A stretch of 64,000 nucleotides of DNA from Lachnospiraceae bacterium (lineage in GTDB: Bacteria; Bacillota; Clostridia; Lachnospirales; Lachnospiraceae), in contig JAAWAC010000012.1 in assembly GCA_022791975.1 (NCBI GenBank), positions 58,518-122,517 of the forward strand, written 5' to 3'. The position numbers and the translations under genes are program-made. Below, one piece after another: positions 9,774-17,725 of this stretch. Each line of letters begins with the position of its first letter. Positions within the stretch are counted from its first letter, which is position 1. The notes beneath the pieces were generated by a model, which was given only the letters and a program-made list of their open reading frames with translations, made no database searches and had not been told where the DNA came from.

Positions 9774-10449
9774 ATGTATACCCAGCCTGCCGCTCGTCAT
9801 GCACGATGACGCCTTTATCCAGCACAATAACCCGTTTCTTCATCTCGTCTACGATTTCCTGGTTGTGGGTAACCACCACCACCGTAGTGCCCCGCTCATT
9901 GACTATCTCCAGAAGTCGCATAATTTCTTTGGAGTTTTTGGGGTCCAGATTTCCCGTGGGCTCATCAGCCAGCAAAATCTTGGGACTATTTACCAGAGCC
10001 CGGGCCAGAGCCACTCTCTGCTGTTCTCCTCCAGAAAGCTGTCGGGGGAAAGATTTATATTTTTCCGCCAGGCCCACCAAAGACAGCATGGCCGGCACAT
10101 TCTTTCGTATCTGCTTGGTAGGTGTAATCACCACCCGCTGGGCAAAAGCAATATTATCATATACATTCCGATCCTTTAAAAGACGGAAATCCTGGAACAC
10201 CACCCCCAGCATGCGGCGGTATTTGGGTATGGCCCGGTTTTTCATACGTCCCAGGGTAATCCCATTTACCTTAATGGTTCCTGAGGTGGGCTCCAGCTCC
10301 TTTAGCAGAAGCTTTATCAGCGTGGATTTTCCAGAACCGCTGCTCCCTGTGATAAAGACAAACTCTCCCTTATCAATGTGCAGGCTGATCCCGTTCAGCG
10401 CATGGGTACCCTTGGCATAGGCCTTTGTCACATTGTCCAAATCAATCAT
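9763..10449 (-). CDS. ftsE: Cell division ATP-binding protein FtsE
   Basis: Walker A GSSGSGKST, GVVFQDFRLL, LSGGEQQR, ADEPTGNLD. Confidence 0.95.
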   Translation of the reverse strand: MIDLDNVTKAYAKGTHALNGISLHIDKGEFVFITGSSGSGKSTLIKLLLKELEPTSGTIKVNGITLGRMKNRAIPKYRRMLGVVFQDFRLLKDRNVYDNIAFAQRVVITPTKQIRKNVPAMLSLVGLAEKYKSFPRQLSGGEQQRVALARALVNSPKILLADEPTGNLDPKNSKEIMRLLEIVNERGTTVVVVTHNQEIVDEMKKRVIVLDKGVIVHDERQAGYTYAD

Positions 10450-10474
10450 TTTTTGTGCATTCCTCCTGATGTGC

Positions 10475-11563
10475 TTAGTAATCCAGAGTCTCCATATACT
10501 TCATATATTTTACTACCATCAGGGCAATCTTAAAGGTAATGGCATCCTCAAATACCCGCAGATCCAGACCCGTACTCTTCTGAAGCTTATCCAGGCGGTA
10601 CACCAATGTATTCCGGTGGATGTACAGCTGCCGGGAGGTTTCCGAGACATTCAGGCTGTTCTCAAAAAATTTGTTGATAGTAATCAGAGTCTCCTCGTCA
10701 AAGTCGTCGGGGGATTTTCCCTCAAAAATCTCCCGGATGAACATTTTACATAAGGGAATGGGCAGCTGATAAATCAATCGTCCAATTCCCAGGGCGCTGT
10801 AGGCAATAATATCCCTGTCATCAAAGAAAATCTTGCCCACATCCAGTGCCATTCTCGCTTCCTTGTAGGAGCGGGACACCTCCTTGATCTCATTCACAAT
10901 GGTCCCATATGCAATATGTACGGACTCCTCTCCCTCCCCCAAAAGCAGATCCTTGATCACCTTTGCGGTTTTGTGCAAATCCCCATACCCCTCATTGGCG
11001 CCTACTTCCCGGACCACGATGATATTTTTCTCATCCACCGCCGTGATAAAATCCTTGGACTTGGGCCCAAACAGTGTACGCACACTTTCCAGCGCGTTGA
11101 TATCCTTGTCATGGCCAGTTTCAATGAGAAATACCCCTCGCCGCACATCCGTCTGAATATGCAGCTTCTTGGCCCGGTTGTAGATATCCACCAGCAGCAG
11201 ATTATCCAGCAACAGATTTTTTATAAAGTTATCCTTGTCAAATCGCTCCTTATAAGCCACCAATAAATTCTGAATCTGGAATGCAGCAATTTTTCCCACC
11301 ATATACACATCATCACTGCCGCCATTGGCCAGCAGGATGTACTCCAACTGATTTTCGTCAAAAACCTTAAAAAACTGGTAGCCTTGTATTACCTGACTAT
11401 CCGCAGGAGAATCAATGAAAGCCAGAACGGAACCTGTATAGGTATCCGCCTCTGGAAAGGTTGATGCCAATACCTTCCCCTCCGTATCAATGACACACAG
11501 ATCAATCCTCGTAATTCCCTTTAAGCCCTCGATGGTGTTTTGAAGTATCTGGTTTGAAATCAT
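10475..11563 (-). CDS. CdaR/PucR-family transcriptional regulator
   Basis: C-terminal HTH FFENSLNVSETSRQLYIHRNTLVYRLDK; typical position upstream of ftsEX in Clostridia. Confidence 0.9.
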   Translation of the reverse strand: MISNQILQNTIEGLKGITRIDLCVIDTEGKVLASTFPEADTYTGSVLAFIDSPADSQVIQGYQFFKVFDENQLEYILLANGGSDDVYMVGKIAAFQIQNLLVAYKERFDKDNFIKNLLLDNLLLVDIYNRAKKLHIQTDVRRGVFLIETGHDKDINALESVRTLFGPKSKDFITAVDEKNIIVVREVGANEGYGDLHKTAKVIKDLLLGEGEESVHIAYGTIVNEIKEVSRSYKEARMALDVGKIFFDDRDIIAYSALGIGRLIYQLPIPLCKMFIREIFEGKSPDDFDEETLITINKFFENSLNVSETSRQLYIHRNTLVYRLDKLQKSTGLDLRVFEDAITFKIALMVVKYMKYMETLDY

Positions 11564-11704
11564 AACTCTCCGCTCCTTTGCTCATATATAGTTGTGCACA
11601 TCGCTGCATTTGCAAATCCTGAGTTTCAGAAATATTGCTAAAAAATATCCCCCATATTCCTGCAAAACGAAAATACCTAATTTATATATTAATGCAAAAC
11701 CACA

Positions 11705-11755
11705 AAAAAAGAAAGAGGAAATCCAAATATATTTATGCATTTCCTCTCTTTTTTG
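11705..11755 (-). terminator. Terminator-like hairpin downstream of yitT
   Basis: AAAAAAGAAAGAGGAAAT...ATTTCCTCTCTTTTTT imperfect inverted repeat. Confidence 0.5.
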
Positions 11756-11800
11756 GGAAATTATGGTAATTTTTTATCTGTGCATAGTTCACATATATTT

Positions 11801-12670
11801 TTAAGGACAATATTCCTGAAATCCCTCCCCCAAAACCTCCCTGGCATCGGTCACAATCACAAAGGCCTTGGGGTCCTCCTGGAGCACCAGCCCTTTCAGC
11901 GTAACAATCTCCCGCCTGGATACCACACAGTATAGCATCTGCCGAGTCTGCCCAGAGTACATGCCTGTGGCGGCAATTCCCGTAACGCCCCGGCCTAAAT
12001 GTTCCATCAGCACAGAAGCCACCTTGGGTGGATCCTCCGTGACAATAAAGGCTGCCTTGGAAAACTTCCGGCCCTCTATAATGCTGTCGGATATTTTGGA
12101 AACCAGATAAATGGCAATGATGGCGTACATAGCCACATGGATGCCAAAGAGGAAGGCGCCTCCTATGACCACCAATCCGTCAATGACCTGCATAATATCT
12201 GAAATGGTATAATGGGGCATATATTTCTGGATAATGGCAGCCACCAGATCTGTCCCCCCTGTGGTGGCCTGGGCCAAAAACACCATCCCGATCCCCACAC
12301 CGCTAATCACCCCGCCAAACAAAGCCGACAGCACATAGTCCCCTGGGGACAGAGGCACCACTGGCAGTATGGACAGCCAGGCTGACAGGGCCAATGTGGC
12401 CACCAGGGTTCTGGCAATGTATCCCAGTCCCCTCTGCTTAGCAGCCACCAGAAAAATAGGAACATTCAAGATCAAGTTGGTCAGCCCCAGGGAAATACCG
12501 CCCTCCACATAAGGTATAGTCAAATCTTTGATAATAATGGCCAGGCCCGAGACGCCACCCGTGACCATTCCTGCTGGATCGTAGATGGAACTAATGGCAA
12601 AAGCCATCAGACCAGTACCAGCCAGAATCAGCAAATAGTCCACTATCACCCGCTTTCCAAACTGCTTCAT
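11801..12670 (-). CDS. YitT-family membrane protein (DUF161 + DUF2179)
   Basis: TGGVSGLAII, ATTGGTD, LGRGVTGI.ATGMYSG, DPKAFVIVTDAREVLGEGF. Confidence 0.92.
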   Translation of the reverse strand: MKQFGKRVIVDYLLILAGTGLMAFAISSIYDPAGMVTGGVSGLAIIIKDLTIPYVEGGISLGLTNLILNVPIFLVAAKQRGLGYIARTLVATLALSAWLSILPVVPLSPGDYVLSALFGGVISGVGIGMVFLAQATTGGTDLVAAIIQKYMPHYTISDIMQVIDGLVVIGGAFLFGIHVAMYAIIAIYLVSKISDSIIEGRKFSKAAFIVTEDPPKVASVLMEHLGRGVTGIAATGMYSGQTRQMLYCVVSRREIVTLKGLVLQEDPKAFVIVTDAREVLGEGFQEYCP

Positions 12671-12835
12671 ACTTTCTTCTCCTAATTTAGAGTTTCGTCA
12701 TCTTCCCAGGGAGCCCTCTATCTGAAAGGAACGCGCATCCGCGCCCGCGTATTTCTTTCAGACTCCCTTAGAGCATGACTGTTTTTTTAGTTCCACTCCT
12801 CCCCTATTTTTCTCTTTTGTTCCTGCAATTATGCG

Positions 12836-12864
12836 GCATAAAGGGGGCTCCTTGTTCATACATT
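12836..12864 (+). promoter_or_regulatory. SigE-type (mother cell) promoter
   Basis: GCATA (12836-12840), 16 nt, CATACATT (12857-12864), close to the KCATA...CATACAHT consensus. Confidence 0.55.
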
Positions 12865-12890
12865 GTAATAATCAATTTCAGGAGGCGTCT

Positions 12891-13406
12891 ATGAACTCCA
12901 AAACCAAAATCATAGTCCTTCGCATGAAGGAATTAATCTATACGGGCATCTTCGTGCTGTTGGGAATCTTGTTGATTGTCCTGCTGGTCACCATGTTTGC
13001 CCCGGGGAGGAAGGGCGGAGAGCCTGCCGCAGCCGTGGAACCGAAGGAGGAGAAAAACCTATACCGGCCCGGCCTCTACACCGCATCCATTGTGCTGGGA
13101 GGCAATGCCATTGATTTGGAAGTAACCGTGGAAAAAGATTACATAGCGTCCATCCGTCTGGTAAACCTGAATGAGACCATCACCACCATGTACCCACTGA
13201 TGCAGCCAGCTCTGGAGAACCTGACAACCCAGATCTACAGCACCCAGTCCCTGGATAATATCACGTATCCGGAAGAAAATCAATATACTTCCATGGTAAT
13301 TCTGGATGCCATTAAGACAGCGCTGGAAAAGGCAAAGGTGTCGGACGGGGAAGAAGAAAAAGAAACGACAAGGGAAACGCAGACAGACAAAAAAATCGTC
13401 GAGTAA
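12891..13406 (+). CDS. Hypothetical membrane-anchored protein, possibly sporulation-related
   Basis: GGAGG RBS; MNSKTKIIVLRMKELIYTGIF + TM helix + small soluble domain; SigE-like promoter upstream. Confidence 0.75.
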   Translation: MNSKTKIIVLRMKELIYTGIFVLLGILLIVLLVTMFAPGRKGGEPAAAVEPKEEKNLYRPGLYTASIVLGGNAIDLEVTVEKDYIASIRLVNLNETITTMYPLMQPALENLTTQIYSTQSLDNITYPEENQYTSMVILDAIKTALEKAKVSDGEEEKETTRETQTDKKIVE

Positions 13407-13416
13407 CCTGCCTACT

Positions 13417-14322
13417 CTAGTTCTGTTCAAAGCTCTTCCGAAAACGGGCAGGGGAACAATGCATTTGGCTGCGAAACACCTTGCAGAAATGGCTGGGATT
13501 GGAAAATCCCACAGCCAGCCCCACCTCCAGAATGGACTCTCTGGTTTCCAGAAGCATCTTGCCGGCCATCTGTATGCGATACTGCCGTACATAATCCATA
13601 GGAGACTGATGAAGAAAGTTTCGAAAGCAGCGCTGGCACTCCCGCTCACAGATACCAACGGAACCTGCCAGATCAGATACGGTGATAGCGGAGGCATAGT
13701 GGGTGTGAACATAGGCAAGCATTCCCCGAAGTCTTTCCATCTGAGGCTCTTCTTTTCCGGCCAGGGAGAGAAGAGCCCTATTTCCCTCCAGAATCAAAAG
13801 AAGTGCCTTGGCCAGATGATATCTCACCTCATACTCATACCCATTTGCTTCTCTCTGGCAGTTTTCATAGGCCGCCTGGATATGTCCCAAGATTTCCAGA
13901 TGTCTATGGTCAGACAGATAAAAAGCCCCGCCAGCCAAGGCCCTTGCAGAGAGCAAGGGATAAATATACTTCCCATCAAAAATAGTTCCCGGGCCGCCGG
14001 AAATCAGGCCTGCATCAAACACCAGGGAATTTACACAGCAGACCTCACAGTCTCTCATCATAACTCTGTGAAGGAAACGGGTATTACAAAAAAACCCTTC
14101 TCCCTCCTTCAAATCCGCCTCCTGATCGCCAAATTGTACCCTGACAGCTCCTTTTTTCACCATCATAAACTCCAGCTCCCTGTGCCAGTGCCAGGGAACT
14201 CCATCGATCTCTCCCTTATGCCAGTCCGTGTAATAAGCGCTACAGGGAAACTGGGGCTTTTCATGCCTCTGTTTTTTCTGCTGGTCAGCGGCTAGCTGCA
14301 TCCAAACCAACTTCGATATCAT
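13417..14322 (-). CDS. AraC-family regulator with cupin sensor domain
   Basis: PWHWHRELE cupin; C-terminal double HTH (SPMDYVRQYRI...GFSNPSHFCKVFR). Confidence 0.93.
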   Translation of the reverse strand: MISKLVWMQLAADQQKKQRHEKPQFPCSAYYTDWHKGEIDGVPWHWHRELEFMMVKKGAVRVQFGDQEADLKEGEGFFCNTRFLHRVMMRDCEVCCVNSLVFDAGLISGGPGTIFDGKYIYPLLSARALAGGAFYLSDHRHLEILGHIQAAYENCQREANGYEYEVRYHLAKALLLILEGNRALLSLAGKEEPQMERLRGMLAYVHTHYASAITVSDLAGSVGICERECQRCFRNFLHQSPMDYVRQYRIQMAGKMLLETRESILEVGLAVGFSNPSHFCKVFRSQMHCSPARFRKSFEQN

Positions 14323-14491
14323 AGTACCATTCTCTTTATGCCGTTTTTAGAATATAAACTGTCACTCTCATGGTAGAACCATCTTACAAAAACCATTATA
14401 ATACAGGTATCAGACAGAAACAAGTGACTTTTCACAATTTTGGTTTGGCCGAATCAAAACAAAATTAATCAGGAGACAGGAGAGATAAGAA

Positions 14492-15478
14492 ATGGCGAAT
14501 ATTTATTATGATGCGGATGCAGACTTAAATCTGGTAAAGGACAAATGTATTGCAATCCTGGGCTATGGCAATCAGGGCCGTTCTCAGGCGTTGAATATGC
14601 GGGATTCCGGCGTGAAAAATGTCATTGTGGGAAATCGGAAGGATGAATCCTATGATCAGGCTGTAGAGGACGGCTTTCCCGTATACACCATTGAGGAGGC
14701 CACAGCCAAAGCTGATATCATCTTTGTGCTTCTCCCAGATGAGGCATGCCCGGAGATTTACAACACCCAGATGAAACCTTATTTTAAAAAAGGCGTACTG
14801 CTGAATTTTGCCTCCGGCTACAATCTGACTTTCCACAATATTGAACTGCCCGAGGACTCCGATGTGGTCATGGCCGCTCCCAGAATGTTAGGACAGGGCG
14901 TCCGGGAGATGTATGTAAGTGGCGAAGGCTATCCGGCCTTTGTGGCCGTGGCTCAGGACGCAAGCGGCCAGGCCCTGGAATACGGAAAAGCCCTTTGCAA
15001 AGCCATTGGCGCCACCAAAAAGGGCACCATTGAGGGCAATATCAACGACGAAACCTACCTGGATCTTATGACAGAGCTGGGAGTTCTGCCTCTTGTATAC
15101 AAGGTGTTTGCAGAGGCCTTTCGCCTGGAGGTGGAGATGGGACATCCGGAGGAGGCTGTGCTGACAGAAGCCTACCTTTCCAAGGAAATGGCATTTTTAT
15201 GGGAGCAGGCCGCGGAGCGGGGCTTATTCCGCCAACTCTGTCTGCACTCTCACACTGCACAGTATGCCCAACTGAAGCGCTTCAACGAGGCTGACAACAA
15301 TATGATCCGAAGCTTTTTGAAAGAAGCCTATGAATCCATTCGCTCTGGAGAGTTCAACAAGGAATGGCAGGATGAGCAGAAGGTACATAAGCTGGAGCAC
15401 TTAGATGCCCTCCGGGCCCAGGCACTGGATACAGAGGTAACCAAAGCAGAAGATCGGTTAAAAAGCCGTCTGAAATAA
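14492..15478 (+). CDS. ilvC: Ketol-acid reductoisomerase (class I KARI family), divergent paralogue
   Basis: IYYDADADL, GYGNQG, ALNMRDSG, LLPDE, AAPRMLG; metal-ligand segment DLMTE. Confidence 0.8.
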   Translation: MANIYYDADADLNLVKDKCIAILGYGNQGRSQALNMRDSGVKNVIVGNRKDESYDQAVEDGFPVYTIEEATAKADIIFVLLPDEACPEIYNTQMKPYFKKGVLLNFASGYNLTFHNIELPEDSDVVMAAPRMLGQGVREMYVSGEGYPAFVAVAQDASGQALEYGKALCKAIGATKKGTIEGNINDETYLDLMTELGVLPLVYKVFAEAFRLEVEMGHPEEAVLTEAYLSKEMAFLWEQAAERGLFRQLCLHSHTAQYAQLKRFNEADNNMIRSFLKEAYESIRSGEFNKEWQDEQKVHKLEHLDALRAQALDTEVTKAEDRLKSRLK

Positions 15479-15492
15479 GCACCCCATAACAT

Positions 15493-15544
15493 TTTTGAGG
15501 AAAGCAATATCCTGGTTGTCACCGGATATTGCTTTCCTCAAAAG
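15493..15544. terminator. Bidirectional terminator between convergent ilvC and glgB
   Basis: TTTTGAGGAAAGCAATATCC...GGATATTGCTTTCCTCAAAA 20-bp inverted repeat. Confidence 0.8.
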
Positions 15545-15547
15545 GAA

Positions 15548-17677
15548 TCAAAACTCAAACACCGCCACCCCATATGCCGGAAGCGGATAGGCAAAGGAAT
15601 TGGCAAAGCCGTCACATTCCTGCTTTACTGCCTTATAAATCTCCGGCTTTTCGGCTCCGGAGCCGCCAAACTCTGCCGCGTCACTGTCAAGCACCAGCTT
15701 ATACTGCTTTTTCTTTGGCACTCCTACCCGGTAGTCCTCCCGGGCCATGGGTGTAAAGTTGCATACAAAAAGCAGATTCTTGCGGCCGGATTTTCCGTAG
15801 CGCACAAAGGAGAATATACTCCGAAAGCAATCGTTGGGATTGATCCACTGAAATCCCTCCGGCACACAGTCCAGCTCATACATCGCTGGGCGTTTCCGGT
15901 ATAACTGTAACAGCGCTTTCACATAATTTTGCATCTGTTGATGCTTTTCCTCTCCCAACAGGTACCAATCCAGCTCTCGGGCCTCGCTCCACTCCTGGAA
16001 CTGAGCAAAATCCTGCCCCATAAACAATAACTTCTTTCCCGGATGCCCCATCATAAAGGAATAGGCCACTTTCAGATTGGCGAACTTGTCATCGTAAAGC
16101 CCCGGCATCTTATTGACCATGGAGCATTTCAGATGCACCACCTCATCGTGGGACAGCACCAGAACATAATTTTCGCTGTAGGCATAGGTCATGGCAAAGG
16201 TCATGAGATTGTGAGCGCCCTTGCGGAAAAAAGGATCCAGCTTCATATACTCCAAGAAATCATTCATCCACCCCATATTCCATTTAAAGGAAAATCCAAG
16301 ACCATCATTTTCCGGTTTATCCGTTACCTGTGGCCAGGCCGTGGATTCCTCCGCGATCATGATAGCCCCCTGGTTCCGGCCCAAAAGCACAGAATTCAGA
16401 TGCTTAAAGAATTCGATGGCCTCCAGGTTTTTATTTCCCCCGTAAATATTAGCCACCCACTGACCATCCTGCTTGCCATAGTCCAAATATAACATGGAAG
16501 CCACAGCATCCACCCGCAGACCATCCACGTGGAACTGTTCCACCCAGTAGAGCGCATTGGCAATAAGGAAATTTTTCACCTCATTCATCTCATAGTTAAA
16601 AATCTTCGTGCCCCAGTCCGGATGCTCGCCTTTGCGGGGGTCCGGATATTCATATAAGGGGGCGCCGTCAAACCAGGACAGCCCATGGGCATCCCGTGGA
16701 AAATGCGCCGGCACCCAGTCCAAAATCACACCGATTTTCTGCTTATGCAGATAATCCACCAGATACATAAAATCCTTGGGAGAGCCATAGCGGGAAGTGG
16801 GAGCATAATAGCCCGTCACCTGGTACCCCCAGGAGCCGTCAAAGGGATGCTCTGCAATGCCCATAAGCTCCACATGCGTATACCCCATTTCTTTCACATA
16901 ATCTGCCAGGCTGTGAGCCAGCTCCCGATAATTGTAAAAGCCGTCCTCCTGGGGTCCGTGCGGATGCTTTTTCCAGGACCCTGGATGTACCTCGTAGATA
17001 GCCATGGGCTGCTCCTTCATCTGAAAGCCCTTGCGCTTCTCCATCCAGCTTTTATCTCCCCAGGAATAGTTCTCCAGATCTGCCACCCGGGAGGCATTTC
17101 CCGGCCGCATCTCCGAGGCATAGGCATAGGGGTCTGCCTTATAGTAGAGCTGTTGATCTGCCCCTTCGATCAAATATTTATATAACATTCCCTCCCAGGC
17201 CCCGGGTATAAAAATCTCGTAAATTCCCAGGGGCTCCAGGCGCTCCATTTCATGCTCCTTGCCATCCCAACCATTGCACTCGCCAATAAGCTTCACGCTC
17301 TGGGCATGGGGCGCCCAAACCGCAAAGTGAACGCCTTTTTTTCCATCCACCTCCGTCAGGTGAGCTCCCAGCTTTCGGAAAATATCATAATGATTTCCCT
17401 GTCCAAACAGATATTGATCCAGATCTGACACAAAGCACTCCGGCCGTTTGGGCGCTATCTTAGATTTTCCCCCGCCCTTTGCGGCCGTTCTGGTCCTACC
17501 TGTATTCTTGGCTACAACCGTTTTTGTCTTGCTCCCATTCTTGGCGGCGGCTGTCTTGCCCTGGCCTTTTGGGGCTCCTTTGGCGGAGGCTGTCTTGGTT
17601 TTCCCTGCCCCCCTGGGGGACCCTGCTTTTTTATCCTTTCCCATGTCCTCCATATCCTTTCTGCTCTTTTCTTCCAT
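15548..17677 (-). CDS. glgB: 1,4-alpha-glucan branching enzyme (GH13) with Lys-rich N-terminal extension
   Basis: FAVWAPHA, IYEVHPGSW, SWGYQ, LDWVPAHF, DGLRVDAVASMLY, AEEST, LSHDEVVH. Confidence 0.96.
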   Translation of the reverse strand: MEEKSRKDMEDMGKDKKAGSPRGAGKTKTASAKGAPKGQGKTAAAKNGSKTKTVVAKNTGRTRTAAKGGGKSKIAPKRPECFVSDLDQYLFGQGNHYDIFRKLGAHLTEVDGKKGVHFAVWAPHAQSVKLIGECNGWDGKEHEMERLEPLGIYEIFIPGAWEGMLYKYLIEGADQQLYYKADPYAYASEMRPGNASRVADLENYSWGDKSWMEKRKGFQMKEQPMAIYEVHPGSWKKHPHGPQEDGFYNYRELAHSLADYVKEMGYTHVELMGIAEHPFDGSWGYQVTGYYAPTSRYGSPKDFMYLVDYLHKQKIGVILDWVPAHFPRDAHGLSWFDGAPLYEYPDPRKGEHPDWGTKIFNYEMNEVKNFLIANALYWVEQFHVDGLRVDAVASMLYLDYGKQDGQWVANIYGGNKNLEAIEFFKHLNSVLLGRNQGAIMIAEESTAWPQVTDKPENDGLGFSFKWNMGWMNDFLEYMKLDPFFRKGAHNLMTFAMTYAYSENYVLVLSHDEVVHLKCSMVNKMPGLYDDKFANLKVAYSFMMGHPGKKLLFMGQDFAQFQEWSEARELDWYLLGEEKHQQMQNYVKALLQLYRKRPAMYELDCVPEGFQWINPNDCFRSIFSFVRYGKSGRKNLLFVCNFTPMAREDYRVGVPKKKQYKLVLDSDAAEFGGSGAEKPEIYKAVKQECDGFANSFAYPLPAYGVAVFEF

Positions 17678-17725
17678 GTTCTATCACCTTTTGTAATTTT
17701 GTATAGTTTTTAAATGATTCACATT

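Noticed and set aside
11779-11793. TGTG-N7-CACA palindrome as a CdaR-type operator
   Set aside because: Single weak instance, over 200 bp from the regulator start and beyond a terminator-like hairpin; insufficient support.
13306-14295. 329-aa plus-strand ORF, and similar long antisense ORFs at 2034-2804, 19055-20083, 29755-30687 and 47717-48628
   Set aside because: Each fully overlaps a well-supported gene on the opposite strand and has no family motifs.
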